Source: Octopus vulgaris
Lineage: Eukaryota
DNA: 64,000 nucleotides
Reading direction: 5' to 3'
Assembly (NCBI GenBank): GCA_951406725.2
Contig: OX597822.1
Span: 47,802,001 to 47,866,000 of the forward strand
Translations under genes and position numbers: made by a program
Notes under the pieces: generated by a model
The model's database searches: none
The model's input: only the letters and a program-made list of their open reading frames with translations
What the model was told of the DNA's origin: nothing
In this document: piece by piece, positions 11,765 through 24,000 of the stretch
Layout: each line of letters begins with the position of its first letter
Position numbering within the stretch: the stretch's first letter is position 1

Positions 11765-13753
11765 TGACCTACAGGCGAGTATTTTATTACATTGGCACAG
11801 GGCCACATTTTCTGCTTGTAGGCAATTAAAATTACTTTATCTTTATTTTTTTTTTTTTTTTCGTATCTAAAGAAATGAACACACAATAAACCTCATCAAG
11901 ATTTCAAAAGCTTAAAAGAATATATCTTTAGTTATGCTCCATCGGTTCCGCCATTATTTCTCGCCTGGGCACAGGCCACGGAAATGGAAATAAAGTCATT
12001 TTAGTTGTGCCTCACTGATTCTGTCGTCACATAAGCAATTGTTACAAAAGTTGTTGTCGCAGTAAAATTGTATCAATCCGAGTGAATTACTGATTAGTGC
12101 CTATTTTATTATCTGGGAAGTCAAGTCGACCGTCACGGTTGGTTACAACGCAAAATCACGAATCTGGATACGAAAGAAAGAGTACGTTCTCGCCCTATCT
12201 GCTAGAAATAACAGTCAACTCTATCCATATTTTATTGTCCTTTAAAAAATTATTGAATAATGCAGTCTTGGAAAATATGATGTATGGTCACTGTTGGAAC
12301 GTCTTTTATCATAGGTATTGTTTGATCGGTGCTGGCTCTTCAATCTACTACCGGCGTGTGTGTGATGCGTATTCATATATTATATATACTCACACACGTG
12401 TTTTGACATCACGTGATTGCTTGTACGAAAGTGACAGTAGTTTATAAGCGTCCGTTTCCAATCTTCCGTGAAAACATGTCACTTAGGAAGGGCATCCGTC
12501 CGTAGATAATCTGCCTCAATAAACTGCGTCCAATCCATGCAGGCATGGTAAAGTTGGCGTTATGATGCTGTGTGTGTGTGTCATTTCGCACAGTCGTTTG
12601 AATAAACGGCAACGTGAAACAGCGCAACGAATCGAGAAAACTTCTGCTTGAAATGAAACATACTAAGTCTATGTATTAAGTATTTTTATCTTCTTCGTAA
12701 GCAGTGAACACTTGGGTGCCTGTTGTCTTATATAAATATAATTTTCTCCCAAATAAACAACTTCATGTCTATAACTGACAAAAACGTGACTAGAGATTGG
12801 TCCCATTTTACCAAGCTGTTTCTTTTCTTTTCTTTTTTTTGTCAAAAGAAATTTAGGTTGAAATGAAACTGGGATTTTGTCTTGTGTGAGTCTGAATAAG
12901 ACCTCCAACTTCGATAGATTTTAATTTCCAATTTTGTATGTTGTACACATACTGTTATATATCCTTATGGATAAATGAATACAGTGCAACAGCGTAAATA
13001 ATCGGGGGGGGGGGAACGGCAGTAACCACACAAAACATTAGAATAGCTGTCCCCTACTTCATGGGGAAAGAAAGAGGCATGGAGGTGAAGAGCAAAATAT
13101 ATATTTTTTTAATAAGATCCAACACGCTCACTCGAACTGTAAACTCCAACTTTGAACTATCAACAGACGAACTGTGGAACTCGCGCTAGCTCCCTCACTT
13201 ACTCAGGCCGCTACGATTTATATGTAGTAGTCCAGTCCATTCTCGCCAGGGGGCATCTAACGCGTTCACAACACGCACACACACACACACACACATACAC
13301 ACACTCAGTAAGTCCTGCTAGCATATACATTCATTTATTCATCCACATATACTCGCGCGCGCAGTTGCCTTATACCGGTGATCTCGTACAGATATGCATA
13401 TACACGTGCAATAAATAAATATCATACAGCATATCAATATAGTGGTATAAAACGTTCGTGTGTGTGTTTGTAAGTCGCGCGCACATACACGTGTCTATTT
13501 TTTTGAGGAATTACGATTCTGATGGGGGTTTTTTTTTTCACCAAAAGCATTTATTATTTTATATATTTTGCTCTTCATTTTCATACTCCTATACATTCGC
13601 ACGCGCATACGCATAATGTTATGTGGCGATCAGCATCTATGGCCAAGATGGGGCACCGCTGTGTGTGTGTGTGTGTATACACACGTCACATATATAGATA
13701 TAAATTTTATAGTTATACATATGGATATAGATATACACACACATATCTATTTA

Positions 13754-13790
<37 letters not shown>

Positions 13791-15235
13791 TCTCACATGC
13801 ATACACACTGCATAGACGCTAGACGCATATACACACGTATGTATACATACGCATACGAACACAACACAAACACACGTGTATGCGTGTGTTTGTGTGTGTG
13901 TTCCCGCCCTATAGCAACCGTCGTTCAGTTTATTTCTCTCTCACTGTAGCTAACACAAGCTACTCCGACTTCCCAAAAGTTGTGGGGGTGGGTGACCTCT
14001 CTCCTTTTCTCTCTGTTACTAATCCTCTTATCTGCTTTTCTAATATTAGTCCTCACATATTTCATTAGCCTCTCACCACCTCCATTTAAAACTTGCTTTC
14101 GTTCTTTTTTTCTTTGTTATTATTAATGGATCCCTCTTTGTATTTTCTATTATTAACAACATAACTACTGTCGCTACAACTAGCACCTCTCCCTATCACT
14201 TCTGTGACTACTGCTGCAATTATTAGAGCTTGTTGTTATCACTCCTACTATTCCCACCGCTACTGCAACTGCTATTCCTGCTACCACGCAGTACTACCAC
14301 CTCTTATTATTGACTCGTTATCTTGGATCTGATGGTGGATCTTTTCCTTCAGTTAAAATGATTTACACATACACTAATATGTGCGTGAGTGAGTGAGAGG
14401 GCAAGCATCACTCAGCAACCATCTCTCTCTCTCTTATTATAAAACTCAACGAATGAAGATGTATAGCAGCAACTATGTGTGTCGGTTTATAATCAAATGG
14501 GTTCCAGTCGTGATCATCCAGGCTCTTTTTCTATATGTACGGCTACATTAGTCAACGTGTTCTTTTTTAAAGACGCTTGGGTTTGATTTGATGGCGATAT
14601 AACTAATATTTCTAGCATAGCGAGCGACAGCGTAGGGGTTCCATCTTGTTTTGAAGTTGATCTATTGTTCAGGTTGAGTAAATATGATCAGACGTTCCAA
14701 CAGTGGCCCATGTCATTTTTTTGGGATACTGTTGTACTACATCGTCCTGTGCCCTTCATTTTAAATAAGGTTGTGTGTGGTAAGGGGCAAATTTGGCTGC
14801 TATTTCTAGCAGGGCGGTTGACCGTCCCTTGTTTAGCAGGATAGTTTTTAGATGGTGGAGGTGGTGGTGATGGCGGCGGCTTTTCCTTGCTTGACTGCAC
14901 TAAAACAGCCGCTAGAGTTTCACATGGATAATGACTGCCATCACGTGTGAAATATCCGGTTGGAGAAATACGCTTTGTTGTATGAAGTTTCTTGTGGTGG
15001 TAATATTGAGCTCCAGGTCAGCCCTGATACGTAAGGACCATTTCACTGTAACTACCTCTTTCATATATATATTAATAGTAATGGTATGACAACAAAAGAA
15101 TGAATGAGAACTCGATATTATGTAAATAGAGGAATTTATCTGTAATATAATATGTGATAATTATTCGGTTGCCATAATAAAACTCGGAGTTTTATTATGG
15201 CAACCGAATAACTTATCACATATAGAAGAGCCCCT

Positions 15236-15502
15236 CCCCCTTCGGTCATGACTGACCATAGGATTGCACCTAGAAAATTACCCTCCCAGGCACATGTCCG
15301 GGCAAGGTTGTTTATGGAAGACCAGCAGTCGCCCATGCATACCAGCCTCCTCTCTCCACGCCACCAATGTTGTCCAAGGGAAAGGCAAAGGACGATACAG
15401 CTTGGCACCTGTGACGTCGCAACTCATTTCTACAGACGAGTGAACTGGAGCAACGTGAAATAAAAGTGTCTTGCACAAGATCCCACAACACACAGCCCGG
15501 TC
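15236..15502 (-). mobile_element. SINE family C, 5'-truncated copy
   Basis: Reverse complement matches 58790-59040. Confidence 0.85.
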
Positions 15503-16689
15503 AGAATTTAAACATTTCGAGAGAACATGAAATAATTCTTCTTTCGAACAGTTTAATTAAAGCTAAAAGTAATAGCGTGTAACTTTTGGGTTAAAGTTGA
15601 TAGGAAATGTTGAAGGCTGCTTTCGACTTCTTTTAACCAGTGATTTTTTTTTAAACCGAATTTTTGCGAATTATTATTTTGGGCTTTATTTGCTTAGAAT
15701 TAAACCATTCCAAAAAAGGTGTATATCTCTGCAAATAAGATTCAAAGATTGAACAAACGGATGGTAACGGAAAATTTTTCACGCAAGATACAGACATGTA
15801 CTTTCTTCGTGTGTGTGTGTAGTGAGGCTTTTCCCCTTCCACATTTTTACGAGGTCATGGGCCAACAGGTTTTTGGGATCTGACGATATGCAATAAAGCC
15901 GAACTCTTTGTGGACGGGAAACCTAAGGCAATCCCATAAACCTGAAGTGTCTTCTATAGCCTCGGGCTAACCAAAGCCTTGTGAGTAGATTTGGTAGACG
16001 GAAACTGAAAGTCCGTCCTATATATATATAAAATCTTGGGTGGTGCATTATCTAGTATAATTCATTTTCAAGGTAGTAGGTTGTAATGAAAGAAAAGTGG
16101 TGCTCTTTCTAGCAGCTTAGAAGTCCCTTTTTATTAGGACATTTCGTGTGGTGATGTCCAATGGTTCATGTTTGGGGCGAGTAATAATAATAATGATGAT
16201 GATGATAAAAATGATACAGAATCTATATATTAACCCAATTCTATGAATTTTCTTATGTATGATTGTCTTTTTTCCTGTTGCTGGAAACACTAGCCTGGTA
16301 ATGTTTTCTTTTATCCGATAAGGAACACCACAAAAACAATTTCAATAGCATTTTTTCCGCAAATACAAACACACTAATACACAGTGATATTAGTGGTGTC
16401 TTGGAATATAGATGCAAGGCTACAGATTTTGGTGCTGAAGGTATAATCGATTAAATTGTTATCGATCGCAATACTTTATTCATCCTCTCAGAAGAATGGG
16501 AAGTAAAGGGACGTAACTAAATCTCGCAAGTCATTTTGTTGTGTGTTCCCCTTCTGCCATCTATCCATTCCCTATTATTAAAAAGTTGTAGGGTGATCCT
16601 AAAGAGTGAGTGGCGTACTATTTTCATCTTCGCTAACTATGGTTGTCCTTTCCTTTTCGCGCATATATATATATATATTAAAGAATCCC

Positions 16690-16995
16690 GCATTCGGTCA
16701 TTGCATCAAGAAAGTTAACCCCCGACACACAAGTCTGTGTAAGGTTATGGAAGACCAGCAGTCGTCCATGCATACCAGCCTCCCTCCTCCACGCCACCGA
16801 TATTATCCAAGGGAAAGGCAAATGGGGCCGATACAGTTTGACACCAGTGACGTCACAACTCATTTCTACAGCTGAGTGAACTGGAGCAATGTGGAATAAT
16901 GTGTCTTGCTCAAGAACACAACACAACACAGCCCGGTCCGGGAATCGAACTCACTACCTCATAATCGTAAGCCCGACTCTCTAACCACTGAGCTA
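16690..16995 (-). mobile_element. SINE family C copy
   Basis: tRNA head (gctcagtggttagag...gagttcgattccc on -) plus the same body as 15236-15502. Confidence 0.85.
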
Positions 16996-19900
16996 TATAT
17001 ATATGTGTGTGTGCGTGCGCACTCAAGCATGGTGTAGTGTTCAAGGAAAATTGGAGATCAATATTCCCAATGGTCGCTATATTCTCCTTATTCATTATAC
17101 GATCGTGCAAATTTACGGGAAAATCATAGTATTTTTATTTTGTGGAACAACGAATTCACAAAATAAAAAAATATTTGCGGAACATAATTTTCACGAATGC
17201 AGCTAAAGCAACAGCTAATATAATTACTGATAGGAAATCCGAAGAAAATAATACTTATGCAGAAGTGAAAACGGTACGCTATACGTCAAGATCGTCGCTG
17301 GTATTACGTGCTTTCTCGTATAAAATAGGTTACTTTTTTTTTATCTTTCGTTCATTGACTATATCCATACTGAGACACCGCCGTGAGGGGTTAAGTCGAA
17401 TGAATCTACCCTAATATTTAAGCCTGGTCCTCATTCTATCAGACTGTTTTGCCGAACCTCTAAGTTACAGGGATGTACACATGTCACGTGGTCATAGGTA
17501 TAAATATATCACAGTGTTATACACATACATTGTGTGTGTGTGTATGTTTCAGATTCCGCCTACCAAATCCACTTATTGGATTTTGGCCGCGCCGGGGTTT
17601 TTACTCGAAGATATTTGCCAAAGGTGCCACGCAGTGGGGCTGAACCCAAAACGACACGGGTAGGAAGCAAGGTTCTCAACCATGCCTGCACCTATGAAAA
17701 CATGTATGTGTATTGAGTGTGTGAAAAACCCTCCATGCGTATTCTCTCTCAGCCATGTTGTGTGCAGAGATATATGTCTATCTTCGTTGCTATTGTCACA
17801 TGCAGTTCAAACTGATGCTAAATTCGATAATGATGACGCCCTCCTACCCACTCCTCCGCCTTTTCATTACACTAGAGACGTTGCTATTTTGTATATTTAC
17901 AAACCCACAAAATTAATACGAATAACTGTTGTGTTAACAAATATGCTACTTTAACTCGCTCTCTGTAACTACATGCTCTTCTCTCTTTCTCTCATCTCTC
18001 TCCTCCTTCAGCCTCTCTCTCTGCCTTTCCCTCTCCATCCCCATACCTATTTATTGCTTCTATCTTCTTTCCCCCCACCCCTCTCTCTCTCTGTATAAAT
18101 ATATACGATCGTGTATAAACTAAATACACTTCTTTCTGTGTGTATATGTACTATTCATCATACGTCGTGTGTCTTGTTATCGCTGCGTCTTACAGAAAGA
18201 ACACTGAATCATTTGTATCGTCATGCAGTGATAGATTATTGTATTTCATTGCAACAGTCGACCCCCGCTCTCAGTTGCAATGTTGTGTGTCACGAAGAGA
18301 AAGAAAACAAAAATTCTTTTTTTTTCTTTCTCCTTTTTCAATAATCAACAAAACCAAAATTGCGCTTCTTTATATTCTTTCGCAAAAATTCATGTTATCC
18401 AAATATCTAGACTTGGGCGATACAACAGCGCCAAATGAATAATTTTTCTTTTTTTCTCCCAATTTTAAATAATAATTTATTTCTAACAGGTAAACTAGTG
18501 TGTATCACTAGTTCAACAATAATTGCGCCAAATATGTGCATTCAATGCATTCGTCATCTCCCTCACAATCATATTTTTATTAAGGATGTGATATATTGCC
18601 ATAATTCCGTTAGCTTCTGTTTATTTCCTGTCACTATTTCGAGAATGTATTTAAATGTCATTTTATAGGAGATTATTTATTTATACTTCATCGTTCAGAA
18701 TCGGTAAAATAAAGTACGGTAGAAATACTAAGAGTTCATTTTACTGTATCCTCTCCACATTGTGTAGAATATTCGTTGAAAGTTCTTCCAACTAATCGCC
18801 ATCCGCTTTTTATTTAATGGGTAGGGTGTTTTTTGCGATCTTTCGCCGGTGTTTTATACTCGTTAAATCATCGGACGAAATACCTGGTAGCATTTTAGTT
18901 ATTTCAGCTCTATGTTGCCACTTCAGATTCCACCGAGGTCAAGTTTTGCCTTTCACCCTTCCAAGTTCGATAAAATAAAATACCATTTATGCATTTGGTC
19001 GATATAATCGACTAATCTCTCTCCTACAATTTCAGACGTTGTGTGTACTTTAGAAACGATTATTATGGATGGTAAAATGGTTAGCATGCATGGCAAGTTG
19101 CTTTGCGACATTTCTTCCGTCATTGTTCTGAGTTCAAATTCCGCCGAGGTCGCCTTTGCCTTTCATTCTTTCGGTGTCAATAAAATAAATGCCAGTCAAA
19201 CACTAAGGTCGATGCAACCGACTTGACCCCTCCATCGAAATTGCTGGCCTTGTGTTAGAATTTGAAATCGTTATTATTATTCTGAATGGCAAGGCGGCGA
19301 GCTCACGAAATCGTTAGCTCGCCGGACAAAATGTTTAGTAGCACTTTTTCCTATTATTTACATTCTGAGTTCAAATTCAGCCAACTTCACTTTGTCTTTC
19401 ATTCCCACAAAATTTCAAACCTTATGTCTAAAACAGGATTATTATTATGAATGGTCGAGAATGTATTGCTCCAGACAAAACACGTTGTATTCCTTTACGT
19501 TCGGAGTTCAAATCTAGCTACAGTTGATTTTTTTCTTTTTTTTTTTACACCGCCAATAAAATACGTACCAGTCCTTGAATGATATCGATCCATTTGCTTT
19601 TTTAATTTTGTACTCGTTGAGTCAGAGAGAAAACTATTCGATCATTCGATTTGCTAGAAAAAAACAGCCACACTTCCTTCTTAAGAAAAAAAATACTATA
19701 CTGGATAAACCGAGGTTTTGGAGATTTTGTTTATCGTAAAGGAATACGAGATGGTCACGGTTTGAAAGTCAGTCGAATGACAACAAATGGTATTAGCAAA
19801 AATGTAGCAACGACGCAGTATCGATTAGATGATATCTAGTATTAATTTTATCTCACGACGTTCTGACTTCAAATCCCACCGAGTTCGACTTCGATATTCA

Positions 19901-20779
19901 TTTTTTTTTTTCCCCCCTAGTGTTGGTCCTTTTTAGCCTCGTTGCACAAATTTAGTATCATAGTACTTCCAGTCGTGACCATTCCGTCATTTCATATATC
20001 TCGGATTACATTAATTAATGCGGTCTTTTTTAGCAGTTCTGATTTGAGAGAATTTTTGCTGCTGTTTTCAGCAGGTCGTGTGAGTGCTTAGGAGATCGTT
20101 GCTTGGCCCGATTCGTCTGCAAGTTTAATAGATTATGATTCCGTCCTCTAAATAGCGACGGTCGTCTGTCAGTCTAAGAACTGTCAAATCTCTAAAAGGC
20201 GTTATATCGGTACAGCGGCGGATAAAATGTCTTGTGGCATTTATTTACGTTTCTGAGTTCAAATCGTATCAAGGTCAATGTTAGCAGTCATCATTCTTCT
20301 AGGACTGATAGCATATGTATCTGTCAGTGGTTGGGGTAAATGTAATAGATTGTACCCTCCTCACACGTCCAAATGTAGCTTTGTCACAATGTTAAAAATG
20401 ATTCGCTAGTCGGAGAAAATGCTTCCTGAGTTCAAATTCCGCCGAGGTCGACTTTAACGTTCATTCTTTTGGGGTCGATGAAATAAGTTATATAATCGAC
20501 CTAGTCCCACTCTGCCCACAAAAATTCAAACCTTGTGTCTATAGTTAAAAAAAAGATTATTTATAATAATCTAAAAGCAGTTGGTCATTCCCATGCGTCT
20601 CAGCCATGACCACCTCATCTTTCATTTCATTTATTTACAATGTTTCAAGAGCTACATCTTCCAATGCAGCCTTCATTTCTGAAGCCGGTATGCTGTCATT
20701 TTTTTGGGGGGGAGGGGTTACCTGCTATTTCTAGCGACTGCGTTTGAATCTCTTTCGTTGCCTCGACTACTACAAACCA

Positions 20780-20830
20780 GCGTGTGGTGGGGGTGGGGTG
20801 AAGTAAACACCAGGAAGTGGAAAGAAGTTG
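20780..20830 (+). promoter_or_regulatory. Candidate promoter motif cluster (GT-box, Forkhead GTAAACA, ETS CAGGAAGT)
   Basis: ggtgggggtggggtg, gtaaaca (20803-20809) and caggaagt (20811-20818) just upstream of the candidate first exon. Confidence 0.3.
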
Positions 20831-21001
20831 TTTCCCTTGGCTTGTCGTTTTCTCTGCTCTTCTCTGTTGTGAGGAAGACCTTGACTTTCGGCTTATCAAC
20901 CATCTCCTCCTCCCCTGCAATAAATACGCAAACCGGGCCATGGTTAAGGGCTCCGGCGGTAGCGAGATCTACTGTTGTCATTGTGGCCGCATCGTTTCTT
21001 C

Positions 21002-21028
21002 ATGAAATATTTCGCAATCGTTGGACAG
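21002..21028 (+). CDS. Candidate (alternative) first coding exon of MSL1, MKYFAIVGQ
   Basis: ATG at 21002 with an in-frame TAG upstream (20960-20962); donor cag|gtacgc at 21028/21029 is phase 0, matching the 29394 exon; lies in a non-repeat, GC/CpG-richer island. Confidence 0.4.
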
Positions 21029-24000
21029 GTACGCAGTAATGGATGGATTCTTGCCGCATTCAACTCTAGGTTTGTGTACGTACGTGAGTGTGTGTGTGTG
21101 TGTATGTATGTGTGTTTATTATTTCCTTATCTGGTTGTCTTTATACACTTCACTTTGGTGTATATATACAAGCCATCAGAGGATGTTTATTTACTATATT
21201 TTATACAAATCCACTTAGAAGCGATTCTTCTACTATACAAAGCTATATTGTTTTTTTCTCTCTCTTTCATGAAAAATTTGGCCTTTGTGGTATAATATAT
21301 ATATATGCGTATGTGTCTAGGGATCAATTCAATCGATTACAATCGTACAAGCAATCTCTTAATGTGTGCCGCGCACGCAGGCACACTCACACACACGAGC
21401 GGTAATAACCCAGAGTCTCGTATTAGCGAAGATTTAGCTACTATTAAATGCTTTGTATTATGTGCCATTTTTTTTCATCTATGTATCCAATAACGTGCAT
21501 TCGGTTTTATATTTTGTGTGTGTATTCATAACCCGGTATAATCAAAATTGGATTTAATAAAGAATATCTATAATTTGTGTGTGTGCATAGATTGTGCAAT
21601 GTTTTGGGTTTCAGAGCAATCTTACTAGTGTAAGTTCTTTGAAAACATACAGCACTGAATGCAAGTGGTGAGTCTGCTTCTTTTTTTTTTTTAAAGTGTT
21701 TGTACCCTTTATTTACATCTTGTCTTGTGTCCCCTACCACCACAAAACTGTATGAAACGAGAGAAGCATTAAACCACAAAGAATGTTTAACACACACGCA
21801 TATATGAAATATTTTGTTTTATTGGCAAAAAGGGACGTAAACGTAAATTACACCGGTTGTTCCACCATGTTCACATGCATACATACATACACAAACGTTT
21901 TCCCGTCTACCAAATTCCACTCATTAGGTATTTATTGGTTGAATCGAGGCTTTTGTGGAATGCACTTGACCAAGGTGTCGTTCAGTGGGATCCAAGTTGG
22001 AGTCACGCAACTGTGAAGCGATCTTCTCAACTGCACAGCTCTGTCTGCAGTTGTCACACACGCACATGCATACGTTTTTTTTTTTTGCACTCTCACACAC
22101 TGGATAAACAGAGTAGTTTATTTGAAAGTGTAAAATCTGGTTTAAGTAGGGCTAATAGAGATGGATGGAAGTTATTAGTGGGGTAGGTGAATTTAGGATG
22201 AGTTGAATTAATCGTGTCAGGTTGTGGGGTGGGACGACAAAAATATCGATAGAGTGGAAAGGCGGGGAATGTTCTAACGATTATAATAAAAAAAATAATA
22301 CTTAAAAGCAGTTGCTGGAAATATACTGTCCGTGCTTTTTGTTATAGTAATGTTGTACCAATGATAATTTTTGCCGTTTTAGTAGTATATAACATTGTAT
22401 TGTAATTTATTATTGAATGAATCAACAGTATCTTATTCCAGTATGTTTGGTTAAATGTAAAAACATATAACAATTTTCATTGAGATATCACCATAAATTT
22501 AAATGTTACATTTTATATATTTAAATGCGAATGAAAAGACGTTTGTAATTATTGCAAATGACTGTTTGGAATTTAAGAAAATATATAATAAATATAACGC
22601 TTAACGTGAAAGAAAATTAATTGAAGGAATTTGTATAGAAAAGGATTGAATTTTATGGTTTATGATAAGATAAAGTGAATTTAATGTTACTTGATTGATT
22701 GGCGGGTATATAAATAGACTGAGACGCGGAAATTAAGTTGGTCTATGTTAGAAATTTATTTACTGATAAAATTGTGTTTTGTCTGGGGTAAAAAAAAAGG
22801 GGGGAGGTTAGGTCGTTGCCGCTGGCGATGATATTTTTTACGATAAAATCCTAAGTACACAAAAATCCAAGTGGAAATGTTTTCAAAATAGAAAAGCATT
22901 CGCTAGAAATATTGGTTTTCAATTTTGACGCAAGGCCAGCAGTTTAGTGGGAAGCGGGTGAGTCGATTGCGTCGACCCCCCACTGCTCAGCTGGTTCTTA
23001 TTTCATCGACTCTGAAAGGCAAGGTCGACATTGGCGGAATTTGAACTCAGATCGTATTGACGAACGAAATGCCGCTTAGCGTTTGCCCGGCCTGCTAACG
23101 ATTCTGCCAGCTCGGTAGAAATATTAGAACAATAATTTTAGTGATATTATCGTATGTTTCCAATATGTTTTGTATGGAAGTGGAAAGGTGTATTAAAAAT
23201 TTTGTATGTTCTTTTTCTAGTAATGTTAAAACTTATCAGTATTATTTGTAGATATATCGTGTTATCTAATTGATTTGTTCAAGTTTTCTTGCTGTGTGTG
23301 TATTTGGCAAAATATTACCTCTTTAAACAGATATGTAGCTTCAAATATTTCAATATTCTAAAAAAAATTCTTTGCATGATAAAACTAATTTTTAATGGTG
23401 ATAAGTGGTTGGAGATTGGGAAACAGAATTTCAGCTGATTCTGAGGTGCAAGGCTGACAGTGATTTTTATTGGTTTTGAAGGAAACGGTATTTTCTATTT
23501 TCCATTTTATATTGAACTAGGTGTTTGGCGATTTTAAATAACTTTGATTCGACAGCGACATATTTATATTCTGAATTCTAAAAAAATATTGATAGCTTTA
23601 AATGAATTGATTCACGATGTAGATTTAGAATTAATGTTGGCAGTAACACAATATACCAATTCCTTGGCTTTGCAATTGTCTTATAGAAAGCAATTATTGG
23701 TGTTTGACTTGGGAGTCAATTTTCAGTTTATACATTGATGATATTTGTGCATAATTCTGTGAACTCGAGTGAGTTCTAACATTTTGGTTGAAATGCTTAT
23801 GGTGTAGTTTGGAAAAAAGTTTAGCTACGAATGTTGATACTTGTGAATTATTGGGCGGATTATACCAAATCATCGGTATTTGTTTCACGTTTGAAAGGCA
23901 TCAAATTTGTATTATTGTATTTCACTTTTCTATGTCTCTGCTTCGGCTACATTGTTCATTATAATAATTGGTTGAATTATTGGAGAATAAATTTTTTTAA

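Noticed and set aside
12594-12651. Possible terminal exon RLNKRQRETAQRIEKTSA* after cacag
   Set aside because: Weak polypyrimidine tract, no partner exons found, too short to assign; may be chance.
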